Part shown: piece by piece, positions 1 through 12,199 of the stretch
Position numbering within the stretch: the first letter of the stretch is position 1
Layout: the number at the start of each line of letters is the position of its first letter
Assembly (NCBI GenBank): GCA_964016885.1
Contig: OZ024741.1
Span: 413,912,001-413,976,000, forward strand
Length of the DNA: 64,000 nucleotides
From: Eledone cirrhosa
Lineage: Eukaryota
Direction: 5' to 3'
Position numbers and translations under genes: made by a program
The notes under the pieces: model-generated
What the model was told of the DNA's origin: nothing
Database searches by the model: none
The model's input: the letters and a program-made list of their open reading frames with translations, nothing else

Positions 1-2557
1 TTGCCGTTCACGTATATTACTATTACACATCCAGCGGAGCATGCAAGCTTCGTTTCTCTCCAGTCTGCGTATATCCTCTGCACACAATGCCCAGGTCTCA
101 CTGCCATGCAACATTGCTGTTCGTATGCAGGCATCATACAACCTGCTTTCATTTTTAGGGAGAACCCTTTAGCGGCTAATAGTGGTATAAGCTCTCTGAA
201 CTTTTTCCATCCAGTTCTGACTCTAGCTACTGTACTTTCAGAGCACCCTCCCCCACTGCTGATTTTGTCACCCAGGTAACGGAAGCTGTCCACTATTTCT
301 ATAGAACCCTCTGCGCAATTGAAAGAGTTAGTATTTTGTGGGCACTTGCTGCTACTTATTGCACCAGAGCACCGGCCACATGTAAAATCTGTGTTCTTAG
401 TTAACTTACCTGTGATCCCACTACATCTTTTATGCACCCATACTTTGCATTTCTGACACAAAATGGAGTTTCTACCTACGCCTTTCCTACACACTGAGCA
501 TGGCCATTTCCCAGAGGGGACCGGTGCCTTATTTTCTTTCCTACAAACTAGAACTTTAGTCTTAGCCAGGTTAATTTTAAGGCCTTTTGATTCTAGGCCG
601 TGCTTCCACGTTTGGAATTTCTTCTCTAGCTCGGCCATTGATTCAGCTATGAGTGTTAGATCATCTGCGTATAGGAGTTCCCATGGGCAGCCGGTCTTGA
701 ACTCCTCTGTTATAGCCTGAAGGGCAATAATAAATCGTAGGGGGCTAAGAACAGAGCCCTGATGGACACCAACTTTTACGCTAAACTCTTCACTATATTC
801 GTTGTTAATTCTAACCTTGCTGACTGTTTCTTTATACATGGCTTGTATGGCTCTCACAAGCCATTCGTCAACACCTAGTTTTCTAAGAGCCCACCAGATA
901 ATGGAACGGGGGACTCTGTCGAAGGCTTTCTCCAAGTCGACAAAAGCTAAGTATAGGGGTTTACTTTTAGCTAGGTACTTCTCCAGTAGTTGTCGTACAA
1001 TGAAAAGAGTGTGGTACTTTTACCTGACACAAACCCGAACTGCATTTCATCTAGATCAATTCGCTCTCTGATTAGTTGCGCTATTACTTTTTCTGTGACC
1101 TTCATGACCTAGTCAATTAATTTAATGCCTCTATAGTTTCCCCTATCTAGGGCATCACCTTTACCCTTGTAGCAGTTAATGATGATGCTGCTGCACCAGT
1201 CCTTCGGAACAACCCCATTCTGTATGACTTGGTTTACTATCCGGGTGACCATAGTGTGTCCCACCGTTCCAGATGCTTTCAGCATTTCGGCAACTATTTC
1301 CGAAGGCCCGGCCGCCTTGCCCGTCTTCATGTCTTTGATCGTCTTACTTATTATACTACCTTCAACTAGCACTGCTGGTCCCTCTATTTGGTCAATGTGG
1401 GGGAGACTGTCTTTCTCCCAATTATTCTCCTCATTTAGTAGCCTTTCGTAGTGACACTTCCAAGTTACCTTCTTATCAGCATCAGTGATGGCAAGTACAC
1501 CATCATCATTTAGGACACACTTCTCCCCAACAATATCACTGTTTTCCTTGACACATTGCCTAGCAATCCTTAACACCTCACGTTTTTGGTCCTCGCATTG
1601 TAGAACATGCTTGAACTTTCTTTCCTCTGCTTCCCTTCTTGCGAAGTACACTTGTCTCCTAGCTTCCCTCCTGGCCACTTGATAGTCTTCTCTACTTCCC
1701 CCATCTCGCCATGCTTTCCAAGCCTGCTTTTTGGCCTTGATTGACCTCTCCACCTTTCTGTTCCACCACCAAGTTACTCTCCTCCTGCCTATAGGCCTGC
1801 TCCAGCCACAGGTTTCATCTGTCGCCTTCAGCAGGTTAGCTTTCAGGAATTCCCACTGTTCCTCTATATTGTACGACTCTAATTGCTCTTCCTTACTGTC
1901 GAAAGCATCAAGTAATATGCTTTGAAATTTATTTCTGGCTGTGGGGTCCTTTAGCTTCCATATTTTTCTCCTGAGGATAGTCCTCTTCTGCTGTCTAGTA
2001 CGTCTCGTCCTGACTATGAGGTCGCTAATTATCAGTCTATGTTGGGAGGTGCATTCTTCATGGGGGAGGGATTTAGTGTTAACAACAGACACTCTGTCAC
2101 GTCTTCTGGTAAGGATATAATCTTCCTCATTTCTAGTACCAAACCCATAGCCTCCATGGATTCCGTCATAGCCGTCACAATGTTGTCCAACGTGACCATT
2201 TAGGTCGCCAGCAATAATTATATAGTCACTGTCGGTTATTTGGGAGGTAGTGAGCATCAGTGTCTCATAGAATCTGTCTTTTATAGTGCCGGGCAGTCCG
2301 GATTGGGGTGCGTACGCAGATATTACTGTCACCGTAGTTCTATTGAGGACAAGTCTTATTTTAATTATTCTGTTGTTCACTCTATTTACGTCTATTATCT
2401 TATATGCCCACATTTCTGCTACCATGATCCTACTCCACACAGCCCATTGTCATTTCCCACCCAGAAAAGCTTATAGCATCGTTCTTTACCCACGATGAAT
2501 CTAGCAGACCCGCCCCTCCACCTGGTCTCTTGAATACAACAAACATCGACCTCCTTA
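1..2557 (-). pseudogene. RTE-clade LINE (family 1), decayed copy, running off window start
   Basis: Reverse complement of ~3002-5670. ORF 1109-2440 matches the 1006-aa ORF but has an internal deletion (GTRNEE|DYILT), a stop after GIKLID and frameshifts. Confidence 0.93.
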
Positions 2558-2558
2558 C

Positions 2559-2616
<58 letters not shown>

Positions 2617-2874
2617 ATATATATATTATATATATATATATTATATATTATATATATATATATATATTATATATATATATATATATATAATATATATATA
2701 TATATTATATATATATATATTATATATATATATTATATATATATATTATATATATATATATATATTACATATATATATATTATATATATATATATATTAT
2801 ATATATATATATATTATATATATATATATATATTATATATATATATTATATATATATATATATATATAACATAA
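2559..2874. repeat. (TA)n / TAT microsatellite separating two head-to-head RTE copies
   Basis: Directly visible. Confidence 0.97.
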
Positions 2875-2944
2875 CCCCATCCCCCCCCCCGCGCCCCACC
2901 GCTCCCACCCTCCAAACGCAATCCAAAACTTCAGAGTTGGTACC

Positions 2945-5900
2945 ATGAATGTAGGCACCTTAAAGGGTCGCTCTAACGAGGTTGTAGAAATGCTTGAATG
3001 TAAGGAGGTCGATGTTTGTTGTATTCAAAAGACCAGGTGGAGGGGAGGGTCGGCTAGATTCATCGTGGGTAAAGAGCGATGCTATAAGCTTTTCTGGGTG
3101 GGAAATGACAATGGGTTGGGTGGGGTAGGAATCATGGTAGCAGAAAAGTGGGCAGATAAGATAATAGACGTAAATAGAGTGAACGACAGAATAATTAAAA
3201 TAAGACTTGTCCTCAATAAAACTACGGTGACAGTAATATCTGCGTACGCACCCCAATCCGGACTGCCCCGCGCTATAAAAGACAGATTCTACGAGACACT
3301 GATGCTCGCTACCTCCCAAATAACCGACAGTGACTATATAGTTATTGCAGGCGACCTAAATGGTCACGTTGGACAACATTGTGATGGCTATGACGGAATC
3401 CATGGAGGCTATGGGTTCGGTACTAGAAATGAGGAAGGCTCCAGAATCCTGGAATTCTGCGACGCAAATAACTTAACTATCTGTAACACTAACTTCAAAA
3501 AACGAGACAATCACTTGATCACCTATAGATCGGGGGAACACACAAGCCAGGTAGATTATATCCTTACCAGAAGACGTGACAGAGTGTCTGTTGTTAACAC
3601 TAAATCCCACCCCCATGAAGAATTCACCTCCCAACATAGACTGATAATTAGCGACCTCATAGTCAGGACGAGACGTACTAGACAGCGGAAGAGGACTATC
3701 CTCAGGAGAAAAATATGGAAGCTAAAGGACCCCACAGCCAGAAATAAATTTCAAAGCAAATTACTTGACGCTTTCGACAGTAAGGAAGAGCAATTAGAGT
3801 CGTATAATATAGAGGAACAGTGGGAATTCCTGAGAGCAAACCTGCTGACGGCGGCAGACGAAGTCTGTGGCTGGAGCAGGCCTGTAGGTAGGAGGAGAGT
3901 AACATGGTGGTGGAACAGTAAGGTGGAGGAGTCAATTAAGGCCAAAAAGCAGGCTTGGAAAGTATGGCGGGATGGGGGAAGTAGAGAAGACTATCAAGTG
4001 GCCAGGAGGGAAGCTAGGAGACAAGTGTACTTCGCAAGAAGGGAAGCAGAGGAAAGAAAGTTCAAGCATGTTCTACAACGTGAGGACCAAAAACGTGAGG
4101 TGTTCAGGATTGCCAGGCAATGTGTCAAGGAAAACCGTGATATTGTCGGGGAGAAGTGTGTACTTAACGATAATGGCATACTTGCCATCACCGACGCTGA
4201 TAAGAAGGTAGCTTGGAAGTGTCACTACGAAAGGCTTCTAAATGAGGAGAACAAATGGGAGAAAGACAGTCTCCCCCAGATCGATCCAATAGAGGGACCA
4301 GCAGTGTTAGTTGAAGGTAGTATAATAAGTAAGGCAATCAAAGATATGAAGACGGGTAAGGCGGCTGGGCCTTCGGAAATAGTTGCTGAGATGCTGAAGG
4401 CATCTGGTTCGGTGGGACACACCATGGTCACCCGGATAGTTAACCAAGTCGTACAGAATGGGGTTGTTCCGAAGGAATGGCGTAGCAGCATCATCGTTAA
4501 CTGCTATAAGGGAAAAGGAGATGCCCTAGATAGGAGTAACTATAGAGGCATTAAATTAATCGACCAGGTCATGAAGGTCACGGAAAAAGTAATAGCGCAA
4601 CTAATCAGAGAGAGAATTGATCTAGATGAAATGCAGTTCGGGTTTGTGTCAGGTAAAAGTACCACAGACGCTCTTTTCATTGTACGACAACTACAGGAGA
4701 AGTACCTAGCTAAAAGTAAACCCCTATACTTAGCTTTTGTCGACTTGGAGAAAGCCTTCGACAGAGTCCCCCGTTCCATTATCTGGTGGTCTCTTAGAAA
4801 ACTAGGTGTTGACGAATGGCTTGTGAGAGCTATACAAGCCATGTATAAAGAAACAGTCAGTAAGGTTAGAATTAACAAAGAATATAGTGAAGAGTTTAGC
4901 GTAAAAGTTGGTGTCCATCAGGGCTCTGTACTTAGCCCCCTACTATTTATTATTGCCCTTCAGGCTATAACAGAGGAGTTCAAGACCGGCTGCCCATGGG
5001 AACTCCTATACGCAGATGATCTAACGCTCATAGCTGAATCAATGACCGAACTAGAGAAGAAATTCCAAACGTGGAAGCACGGCCTAGAATCAAAAGGCCT
5101 TAAAATTAACCTGGCTAAGACTAAAGTTCTAGTTTGTAGGAAAGAAAATAAGGCGGCGGTCCCATCGGGGAAATGGCCATGCTCAGTGTGTAGGAAAGGC
5201 GTAGGTAGAAACTCCATTTTATGTCCCAAATGCAAAGTATGGGTGCATAAAAGATGTAGTGGGATCACAGGTAAGCTAACTAAGAACATAGATTTTACAT
5301 GTGGCCGGTGCTCTGGTGCAATAAGTAGCAGCAAGTGCCCACAAAATACTAGCTCCTTCAACTGCGCAGAGGGTTCTATAGAAATAGTGGACAGCTTCCG
5401 TTATCTGGGTGACAAAATCAGCAGTGGGGGAGGGTGCTCTGAAAGTACAGTAGCTAGAGTCAGAACTGGATGGAAAAAGTTCAGAGAGCTTATACCACTA
5501 TTAGCCGCTAGAGGGTTCTCCCTAAAAATGAAAGGCAGGTTATACGATGCCTGCATACGAACAGCAATGCTGCATGGCAGTGAGACCTGGGCATTGTGTG
5601 CAGAGGATATACGCAGACTAGAGAGGAACAAAGCTTGCATGCTCCGCTGGATGTGCAATAGTAATATACGTGAACGGCAAAGCATAAACGAACTAAGGAA
5701 AAAATTAGAAATAAGAGGGATCAGATGTTGTTTACTCGAGAGAAGGCTACGTTGGTACGGTCACGTGATGCGCATGAAAGACGACAGCTGTATAACAAAG
5801 TGCAGGGCAATAAAGATAGACGGTAGCCACGGAGTAGGCAGACCCAGAAAAACATGGGACGAGCTGATAAATTCCGACCTCACACGCTTACACCTCTCCA

Positions 5901-5965
5901 AGACAATGTCACTGGACCGAGACCTTTGGCGGTACTCAGTAATAGAGAAGACCCGCCTTACCTAA
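2945..5965 (+). CDS. RTE-clade non-LTR retrotransposon ORF (APE endonuclease + RT with inserted PHD finger), family 1
   Basis: 1006 aa. APE motifs NVGTL, AYAPQ, GDLNGHVG, QVDYIL, QHRL; RT motifs [27 protein letters not shown]; RTE C-terminus RLRWYGHVMR..GRPRKTW. The frame is open upstream (NFRVGT), so the 5' end may be truncated. Confidence 0.95.
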   Translation: MNVGTLKGRSNEVVEMLECKEVDVCCIQKTRWRGGSARFIVGKERCYKLFWVGNDNGLGGVGIMVAEKWADKIIDVNRVNDRIIKIRLVLNKTTVTVISAYAPQSGLPRAIKDRFYETLMLATSQITDSDYIVIAGDLNGHVGQHCDGYDGIHGGYGFGTRNEEGSRILEFCDANNLTICNTNFKKRDNHLITYRSGEHTSQVDYILTRRRDRVSVVNTKSHPHEEFTSQHRLIISDLIVRTRRTRQRKRTILRRKIWKLKDPTARNKFQSKLLDAFDSKEEQLESYNIEEQWEFLRANLLTAADEVCGWSRPVGRRRVTWWWNSKVEESIKAKKQAWKVWRDGGSREDYQVARREARRQVYFARREAEERKFKHVLQREDQKREVFRIARQCVKENRDIVGEKCVLNDNGILAITDADKKVAWKCHYERLLNEENKWEKDSLPQIDPIEGPAVLVEGSIISKAIKDMKTGKAAGPSEIVAEMLKASGSVGHTMVTRIVNQVVQNGVVPKEWRSSIIVNCYKGKGDALDRSNYRGIKLIDQVMKVTEKVIAQLIRERIDLDEMQFGFVSGKSTTDALFIVRQLQEKYLAKSKPLYLAFVDLEKAFDRVPRSIIWWSLRKLGVDEWLVRAIQAMYKETVSKVRINKEYSEEFSVKVGVHQGSVLSPLLFIIALQAITEEFKTGCPWELLYADDLTLIAESMTELEKKFQTWKHGLESKGLKINLAKTKVLVCRKENKAAVPSGKWPCSVCRKGVGRNSILCPKCKVWVHKRCSGITGKLTKNIDFTCGRCSGAISSSKCPQNTSSFNCAEGSIEIVDSFRYLGDKISSGGGCSESTVARVRTGWKKFRELIPLLAARGFSLKMKGRLYDACIRTAMLHGSETWALCAEDIRRLERNKACMLRWMCNSNIRERQSINELRKKLEIRGIRCCLLERRLRWYGHVMRMKDDSCITKCRAIKIDGSHGVGRPRKTWDELINSDLTRLHLSKTMSLDRDLWRYSVIEKTRLT

Positions 5966-6473
5966 ATACAAAGTAAAAACCTACTACAGTCAGTAGGCAC
6001 CTCTATCAAAACACACCCCCGTCCCACCACCTCCACCCCACCCACACCGCCCCTTTCAATGTAAAGTTATGTTGGTCCCACAACATCCAGGCCGAAACAA
6101 ATGAGATCATGTAGGTGTCACGACAAAAAACACACAGTCCACGCTGTAAATGTGGCCGTGTAGGCAACACGGTAAAAACCTCCCAGCCCCACACTGTAAA
6201 TGTGGTTGGTGTTAGGAAGGGCATCCAGCTGTAGAAAACCCGCCAGACAGTCCACGCTGTAATGTGGCCGTGTAGGCAACACGGTAAAAACCTCCCAGCC
6301 CCACACTGTAAATGTGGTTGGTGTTAGGAAGGGCATCCAACTGTAGAAAACCCGCCAGACAGTCCTATGCGAGCAAGACAACCACTCTTGCCTCAAGTGG
6401 GAAAACCCCCGTCCAAACCCATGCAAGCGTGGAACACGGACGCTAAACCTGATGATGATGATGATGATGATGA
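5966..6473 (+). mobile_element. 3' UTR of RTE family 1 with duplicated GGTGTTAGGAAGGGCATCCA module and (GAT)n tail
   Basis: Module duplicated (~6135-6250 and ~6250-6362). Ends in CGGACGCTAAACC(TGA)n. The same UTR recurs reversed at 60650-61190. Confidence 0.8.
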
Positions 6474-6482
6474 TATTATATA

Positions 6483-6568
<86 letters not shown>

Positions 6569-7208
6569 ATATATATATTATATATATATTATATATATAT
6601 TATAGTAATAATAATAAATTTGAAGACTAAAATCCTAAGAGGGCTCGATAAGGATAAATATATATCAAATATATAAGAACCGTAGAGCAAATATTTATTA
6701 AAATAACAGATTAAAGTTTAAGCAAAGAATCGCTGCTTTCACCCTTAACGGGATCTTCTGAAACTAACAAAGTCAATCTGTAAACGCAGAACTGGATTTA
6801 TTTACTTTGTTCTTAACTCTGTAGCGGAGACTCATTCGGTCTCCTAGTTAGAATTTTAGTCTAAGACTTCTGCTATACCATTTACGTGGTTTTGTCTTTG
6901 CGTGCTATTGTTCTCCATGCTCCACATATGACGTATTATCTTCGTTTTTTTCGTTCATTGCCAGAGTACGCCTCTATGCTCCACCTAAGAGAACATTAGT
7001 CTACGACCTCTTTTATACCATAAACGTGGTTCTGTCTTTGCGCGTAATTGTTTTACACCGCTCCTATTAATGACGTATTATATTCGTTTTTTCCCGTTCT
7101 TTCCCAGCGAACGTTTCCACGAACCAAAGTATCGTCTTCCTGTCTTCCTCCGGTTGCAACGTTTTTTGAAATATCTAGTTCTGCGTTTACAGATTGACTT
7201 TGTTAGTG

Positions 7209-7530
7209 ATGAGACTAAAACAAAATATCTGGTAGAGAATATTGAGAAGCTAGAGGGGATCACTAATGTAAGCGGGAAGCCGCTAGAATTGGTTGAGGAC
7301 TTCCTGTATTTGGGAGCAAAGATTGGGAATACGGAAGATGATGTGGTTGAGAGGAAGAGCAAAGCCTGGGCGCCATGCCACAGCTTGAGATCGGTGTGGA
7401 AGTCAGACCTTCGTAAAGAGCTGAAAATCCGCCTCTTCATTGCTGTAGTGGAGTCTGTGCTGCTGTACGGGTCTGAGACTTGGACACTGACCAAGAAACT
7501 CACTCAGGTGGTGGATGGGTGCTACACGAG
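7209..7530 (+). pseudogene. RTE family 4 internal fragment (copy of 25834-26156)
   Basis: ETKTKYL..FLYLG..VDGCYTR; same breakpoint and same private substitutions as 25834-26156. Confidence 0.9.
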
Positions 7531-7556
7531 AATATATATATATATATACGTATATA

Positions 7557-7603
<47 letters not shown>

Positions 7604-7614
7604 GTATATATATA

Positions 7615-7645
<31 letters not shown>

Positions 7646-7667
7646 GCATATATATATATGTATATGC

Positions 7668-7698
<31 letters not shown>

Positions 7699-7968
7699 TG
7701 TACATATATATATATATATATATGTGTACATATATATATATGTACACATATATATAGATATATATATATATATGTACATATATACATATACACACACATA
7801 TATATGTATATATATATGTATATATATATATATGTATATATACATATATATATATATGTATATAGATATATATATATATGTATATATATATATATGTAAA
7901 CAAGGTTTAGCAAATAATGAAAAAGTTTCAAAATAAATTTTAAAAAATTGACTTTACCTACTATAGTT

Positions 7969-8052
7969 ACCTTTACCGATCGGTTTCGAATCCCAAAAAT
8001 AAAACGGAGACCATACGGCCTTCGTTGCAAAGAAAGATTCTCGTCAGAAGGT
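7969..8052 (-). ncRNA. Type I hammerhead ribozyme motif (family A)
   Basis: Minus strand: ACCTT-CTGACGA-GAATC..GATTC-GAAA-CCGATCGG-TA-AAGGT; full core, stems I-III pair, GUA site. Confidence 0.88.
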
Positions 8053-8451
8053 TCTTTTCATTCAAAGAATATAAAATTCCTGAATTTAAATCACAAACTA
8101 GCGCTATCAAAACTGTTCCTGGGATGAGAGTGGATGATGTAGAAACAGGTTTATCAAGGACCGAAGCAAAGATAGAGGCAAAAGGAGGTAGGTCAAACTA
8201 GCCACAACCATTGCTAGCAGCAGTCAGAACGACCAAATTTGTTCTTAACATTAGTGGAGGTAGTAGTAATAGGATATACGTTCCTTCACGCACATGGCGC
8301 CAAGGTACGCATGTATTGTCCAACCAAATGCCAGTGTGGTTCAATGGCGGGTTAATAAATTAACGAGCCAGAACAAATATAAACAAGGTTTAGCAAATAA
8401 TGAAAAAGTTTCAAAATAAATTTTAAAAAATTGACTTTACCTACTATAGTT

Positions 8452-8535
8452 ACCTTTACCGATCGGTTTCGAATCCCAAAAATAAAACGGAGACCATACG
8501 GCCTTCGTTGCAAAGAAAGATTCTCGTCAGAAGGT
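8452..8535 (-). ncRNA. Type I hammerhead ribozyme motif (family A, second tandem copy)
   Basis: Same motif, 483 bp from the first. Confidence 0.88.
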
Positions 8536-8667
8536 TCTTTTCATTCAAAGAATATAAAATTCCTGAATTTAAATCACAAACTGGCGCTATCAAAACTGTT
8601 CCTGGGATGAGAGTGGATGATGTAGAAACAGGTTTATCAAGGGCCGAAGCAAAGATAGAGGCAAATG

Positions 8668-8897
8668 TATATAGATGGTAGCCACGGAGTAGGCAGACCC
8701 AGAAAAACCTGGGACGAGCTGATAAATTCCGACCTCACACACTTACACCTCTCCAAGACAATGTTACTGGACCGAGAACTTTGGCGGTACTCAGTAATAG
8801 AGAAGACCCGCCTTACCTAAATACAAAGTAAAACCTAATACAGTCAGCAGGCATCTCTAACATGGATGCCCTTCCTAACACCAACCACATTTACAGT
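8668..8897 (+). mobile_element. RTE family 1 3'-end fragment with a short inverted piece
   Basis: Matches ~5817-6005, then reverse complement of the GGTGTTAGGAAGGGCATCCA module. Confidence 0.8.
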
Positions 8898-9018
8898 ATA
8901 TATATATATGTATATTTCGTTTTTAAATTTGTTTTACAAGATTTCTCATCTGAAAACATGTTGAAACAGATATAGTTATACTTTGGTAGGGTCATGCTGC
9001 CAATAGAAACACACACCT

Positions 9019-9387
9019 GTTGGTTTTCACTTCAATCTATTATAAATTTCCGGTTGGTTGGTTCGATAACTTGTTGTTTGTTGTTTATATATTGTCAAAA
9101 TTCTTTCTTCACACATTCATTGACCTCCTCAGTGACAAGGTTTTTGTTTTGTGTCCCTCCTTTGTTCTGTCCTACACCAACGTGTGTGTTGTGTGTAGTG
9201 TGTTCTAAAAAGTAAAACAAGATGGTGTAGGACAGAACAAAGGAGGGACACAAAATAAAAACCTTGTCACTGAGGAGGTCAATGAATGTGTGATGAAAGA
9301 ACTTTGACAATATATAAACAACAAACAACCATTTAGTTATCGAACCCACCAACCGGAAATTTATAATAAATTGAAGTGGAAACCAAT
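9019..9387. mobile_element. Fold-back of a PLE terminal repeat with variant HHR in each arm (family B; 9092-9138 minus, 9264-9310 plus)
   Basis: Arms ~9019-9179 and ~9223-9387; homologous to the 3' UTR at ~24085-24285; TTGTCA-CTGAGGA-GGTCA..TGAT-GAAA-GAACTT-TGACAA. Confidence 0.72.
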
Positions 9388-10029
9388 AGGTGTGTGTATA
9401 TATATATAAATACGTATATATATATATACATATATATACGTATGTATATATACATATATGTATATATATACATATGTATATATATAACAGAGTAAAGAGA
9501 GAAATACACACACACACACATATATATGTGTGTGTGTGTGTGTGTTATAAGGGAATATTGTTAGTTTTTAATTCAACATTTTAATTTGATATATTGAGTT
9601 CCTGTTCTTTAAGTAGAGCTGTATTATTTTGACTGATTCTGGGCTGCTATTTTTAGTAGTTTCCTATTCTGGCCACCATTTACGTATGTGTCTTACGTAT
9701 GTGTCTTTCCTCTCTTATCACACATGCGCTTTTAGTCTTCTAATTATTATTTAGTTGTGAAATATTTTTCAAATCACACCTACTGACGAGCAATTCCTCA
9801 TCTCTTCACTTGAACAGTTCTATCTTGAACTTGTATCGATGTTAATAGTTATTGTAATTGGTTTGTATACTTTGATTTATTCATTTAATTAATTTGTATA
9901 AACCATTCTATCCATATTCTTCACCCTGATCGTTTTATATCCCTTATTATTTCAACACACACACACACATATACATGTATATATATATTTACATACAAAT
10001 ATATATATGTATATATGCATATATATATC

Positions 10030-10304
10030 TAATGTCTGTCTTAAGCCAGAAGGCACATTTGATCAGTGTTTATCTCAGTTTCATGGCATGGAGCGACTAA
10101 GAATACAAGACTTCCCCCTGGACAGGACACCAGTCCATCGCAGGGTTAAACCCCCAGCTATTACTGGTACTCATTTTCAGCAGAGTATACTGGAGCAACG
10201 TGAAATGAAGTGTTGTACTCAAGAACACAACACACAACCCAGGAATCAAACCCACGACATTATGATCGTAAGTCCAACACCCTTACCACTAGGCCACGGG
10301 CCTC
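10030..10304 (-). mobile_element. tRNA-derived SINE with CORE-like body
   Basis: Minus strand A box TGGCCTAGTGG, B box GGTTTGATTCC, then TTCTTGAGTACAACACTT. Second copy at 33393-33667. Confidence 0.75.
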
Positions 10305-10369
10305 AACATATATACATACTTATATATGTATATATATATATACACATATTTATATATATAAAATTGAAT

Positions 10370-10700
10370 CATCATCATTTTAAGTCCGCTTTTCTTTGCT
10401 TGCAAGGGTGGGACGGGAACTGATTCTGGCTTGATTTCTACAGCTAGATGCCCTTCCTAACACCAACTTCAATTACAGTGAGTGCTGGGTGCTTTTTTTT
10501 CCGTGGCGCCTACATGTCCACTTTGCAGTGGAATGATATAGACCCCAGTCCTATCATCTCATTTCTACAGCTGAGTAAACTGGAGCAATGTGAAATAAAG
10601 TGTCTTGCTCAAGGAAACAACACATCACCCGGTCTGAGAATTGAACTCACAACCTTTCCATTGCCAGGCCAATGCTCTAACCACTAAGCCATGTTCATCC
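10370..10700 (-). mobile_element. tRNA-derived SINE with RTE family-2 3' tail
   Basis: A box TGGCTTAGTGG, B box AGTTCAATTCT, CCTTGAGCAAGACACTT, tail CCGTCCCACCCTTGCAAGCA..(GAT)n. Copies at 13570-13913, 33733-34063, 40888-41226 and 62815-63140. Confidence 0.82.
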
Positions 10701-11015
10701 ATTATCAAGTTAATCCAAACATATATGTATATTTATGTGTATATATATGTATAAATATATATATATACATACATACACACATATATATAAACATATACAT
10801 ACACATATATAAATGTATACATATATACACATATACATATATATACATAAAGATACACATTTACATACATATATATATATACACATATACATACATATAT
10901 ATACACATATACACACATATATATACACATATACACACATATATATATATACACATATACATACATATACATATATATATACATACATATACATATATAC
11001 ATACATATACATATA

Positions 11016-11047
<32 letters not shown>

Positions 11048-12199
11048 CACACACATACATAATACTATGATGAAAATTGAATGTTTTTTAAAGTTTGTTG
11101 TATTAAAACAGTTTTTCACACAACAGTAAATTATAAGCTACATTTTGACATAACTTTCATCCTGAGATATCTCGAGATCCTAAATAGAAGGCCAATTTCA
11201 TTCAGGGATTCCCAAGATCTCATATGGAAGACTGATTTCATCTAGGGTTTGGCCAAAATATTGAACAGAAGGCTGATTTCATTCAGGGATTCCCAATATT
11301 TGGATGGCTGGAGAGAAACTTGTCTTCTATACTAATGAATATATGTACCCATGTATTTGCAAAGAAGCATGCTCTGATACTAACAATTCATTATAAAAAT
11401 AACATATATATTTATTTATGTAAAGGCATAGAAATGTTGGGGAAAACTGTTTAAAAACTGATTATTTGAAAAGAAGAAACACTTTTTTAACCGTAACTAT
11501 GTTAACTACATTTATTTATTTAATTCTATTTATTTATTTCAATTTTATTATGACTAACCTTTTGAAATTTAAATAACTCTAGTCTGGAAAAAAATAATTC
11601 AATGTTTCAATTTAGACATAAAAAAAAAATGTTTAAATAAATAATTAAAAAAATCAATACTACAAAACAAATCTGTTTTTGTTGAAATTTATTTTGTTTT
11701 TTGTATATTTTGTTAAGCAATGTGTTAGGATATTTCTAATGAAACACGCTGTCTCTGATTTTCTCTTCAAATAACAGCTGTGGAGTTAAATAGTTTTACC
11801 CGCAAGCATGAGGTCCTCAGTTTCATCCTACTGTGGAGCATTTTTGGTGTATTTACTATAGTTTCGAGTTAATCCAAACCTTGTGAGTGAAATTTAGTAG
11901 ATGGATGCTGTATAGAAGTCTGTTATATGGATAGAGTACCTTCAATCCATAGGTTCAGCAAAATACTTTCATTTATGTTACTTCTGTCCACTCAACTGTA
12001 AAAATAGGAGCTGAAGTAAAAGCTGTATTGAACTCGTGTCTAGTTCTGAAAAGAATCGCATCTTGTCATTTATTTGCTTGTGACACTGAATATGTATCAT
12101 ATGTCAACATGAAGATCAATATAGCCTACAGAGAAATATATATTGACATAAAAATCAATGATTGCTTGTATTGTGCGAGGAGTTTAACCCTGTAAATGG

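Larger units (their letters stand above)
7897..8665 (-). mobile_element. ORF-less partial-tandem (1.6 x 483 bp) element with two hammerhead motifs, retrozyme/PLE-like (family A)
   Basis: 7897-8379 is repeated from 8380 to 8665; each unit has one HHR; flanked by (TA)-rich sequence. Confidence 0.8.

Noticed and set aside
6725-6770. HHR-like motif on minus strand (CAGAAGA-TCCC-GTTAA-GGGT-GAAAGC)
   Set aside because: Core is mutated and stems I and III cannot be formed convincingly. The host segment (6603-7208, tail also at 43590-43730) may still be a PLE-terminus relic.
9782-9800. CTGACGAG core half
   Set aside because: No downstream GAAA or closing stems.
10240-10304. tRNA genes at the A/B-box sites
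   Set aside because: No closed cloverleaf; they continue into SINE bodies.
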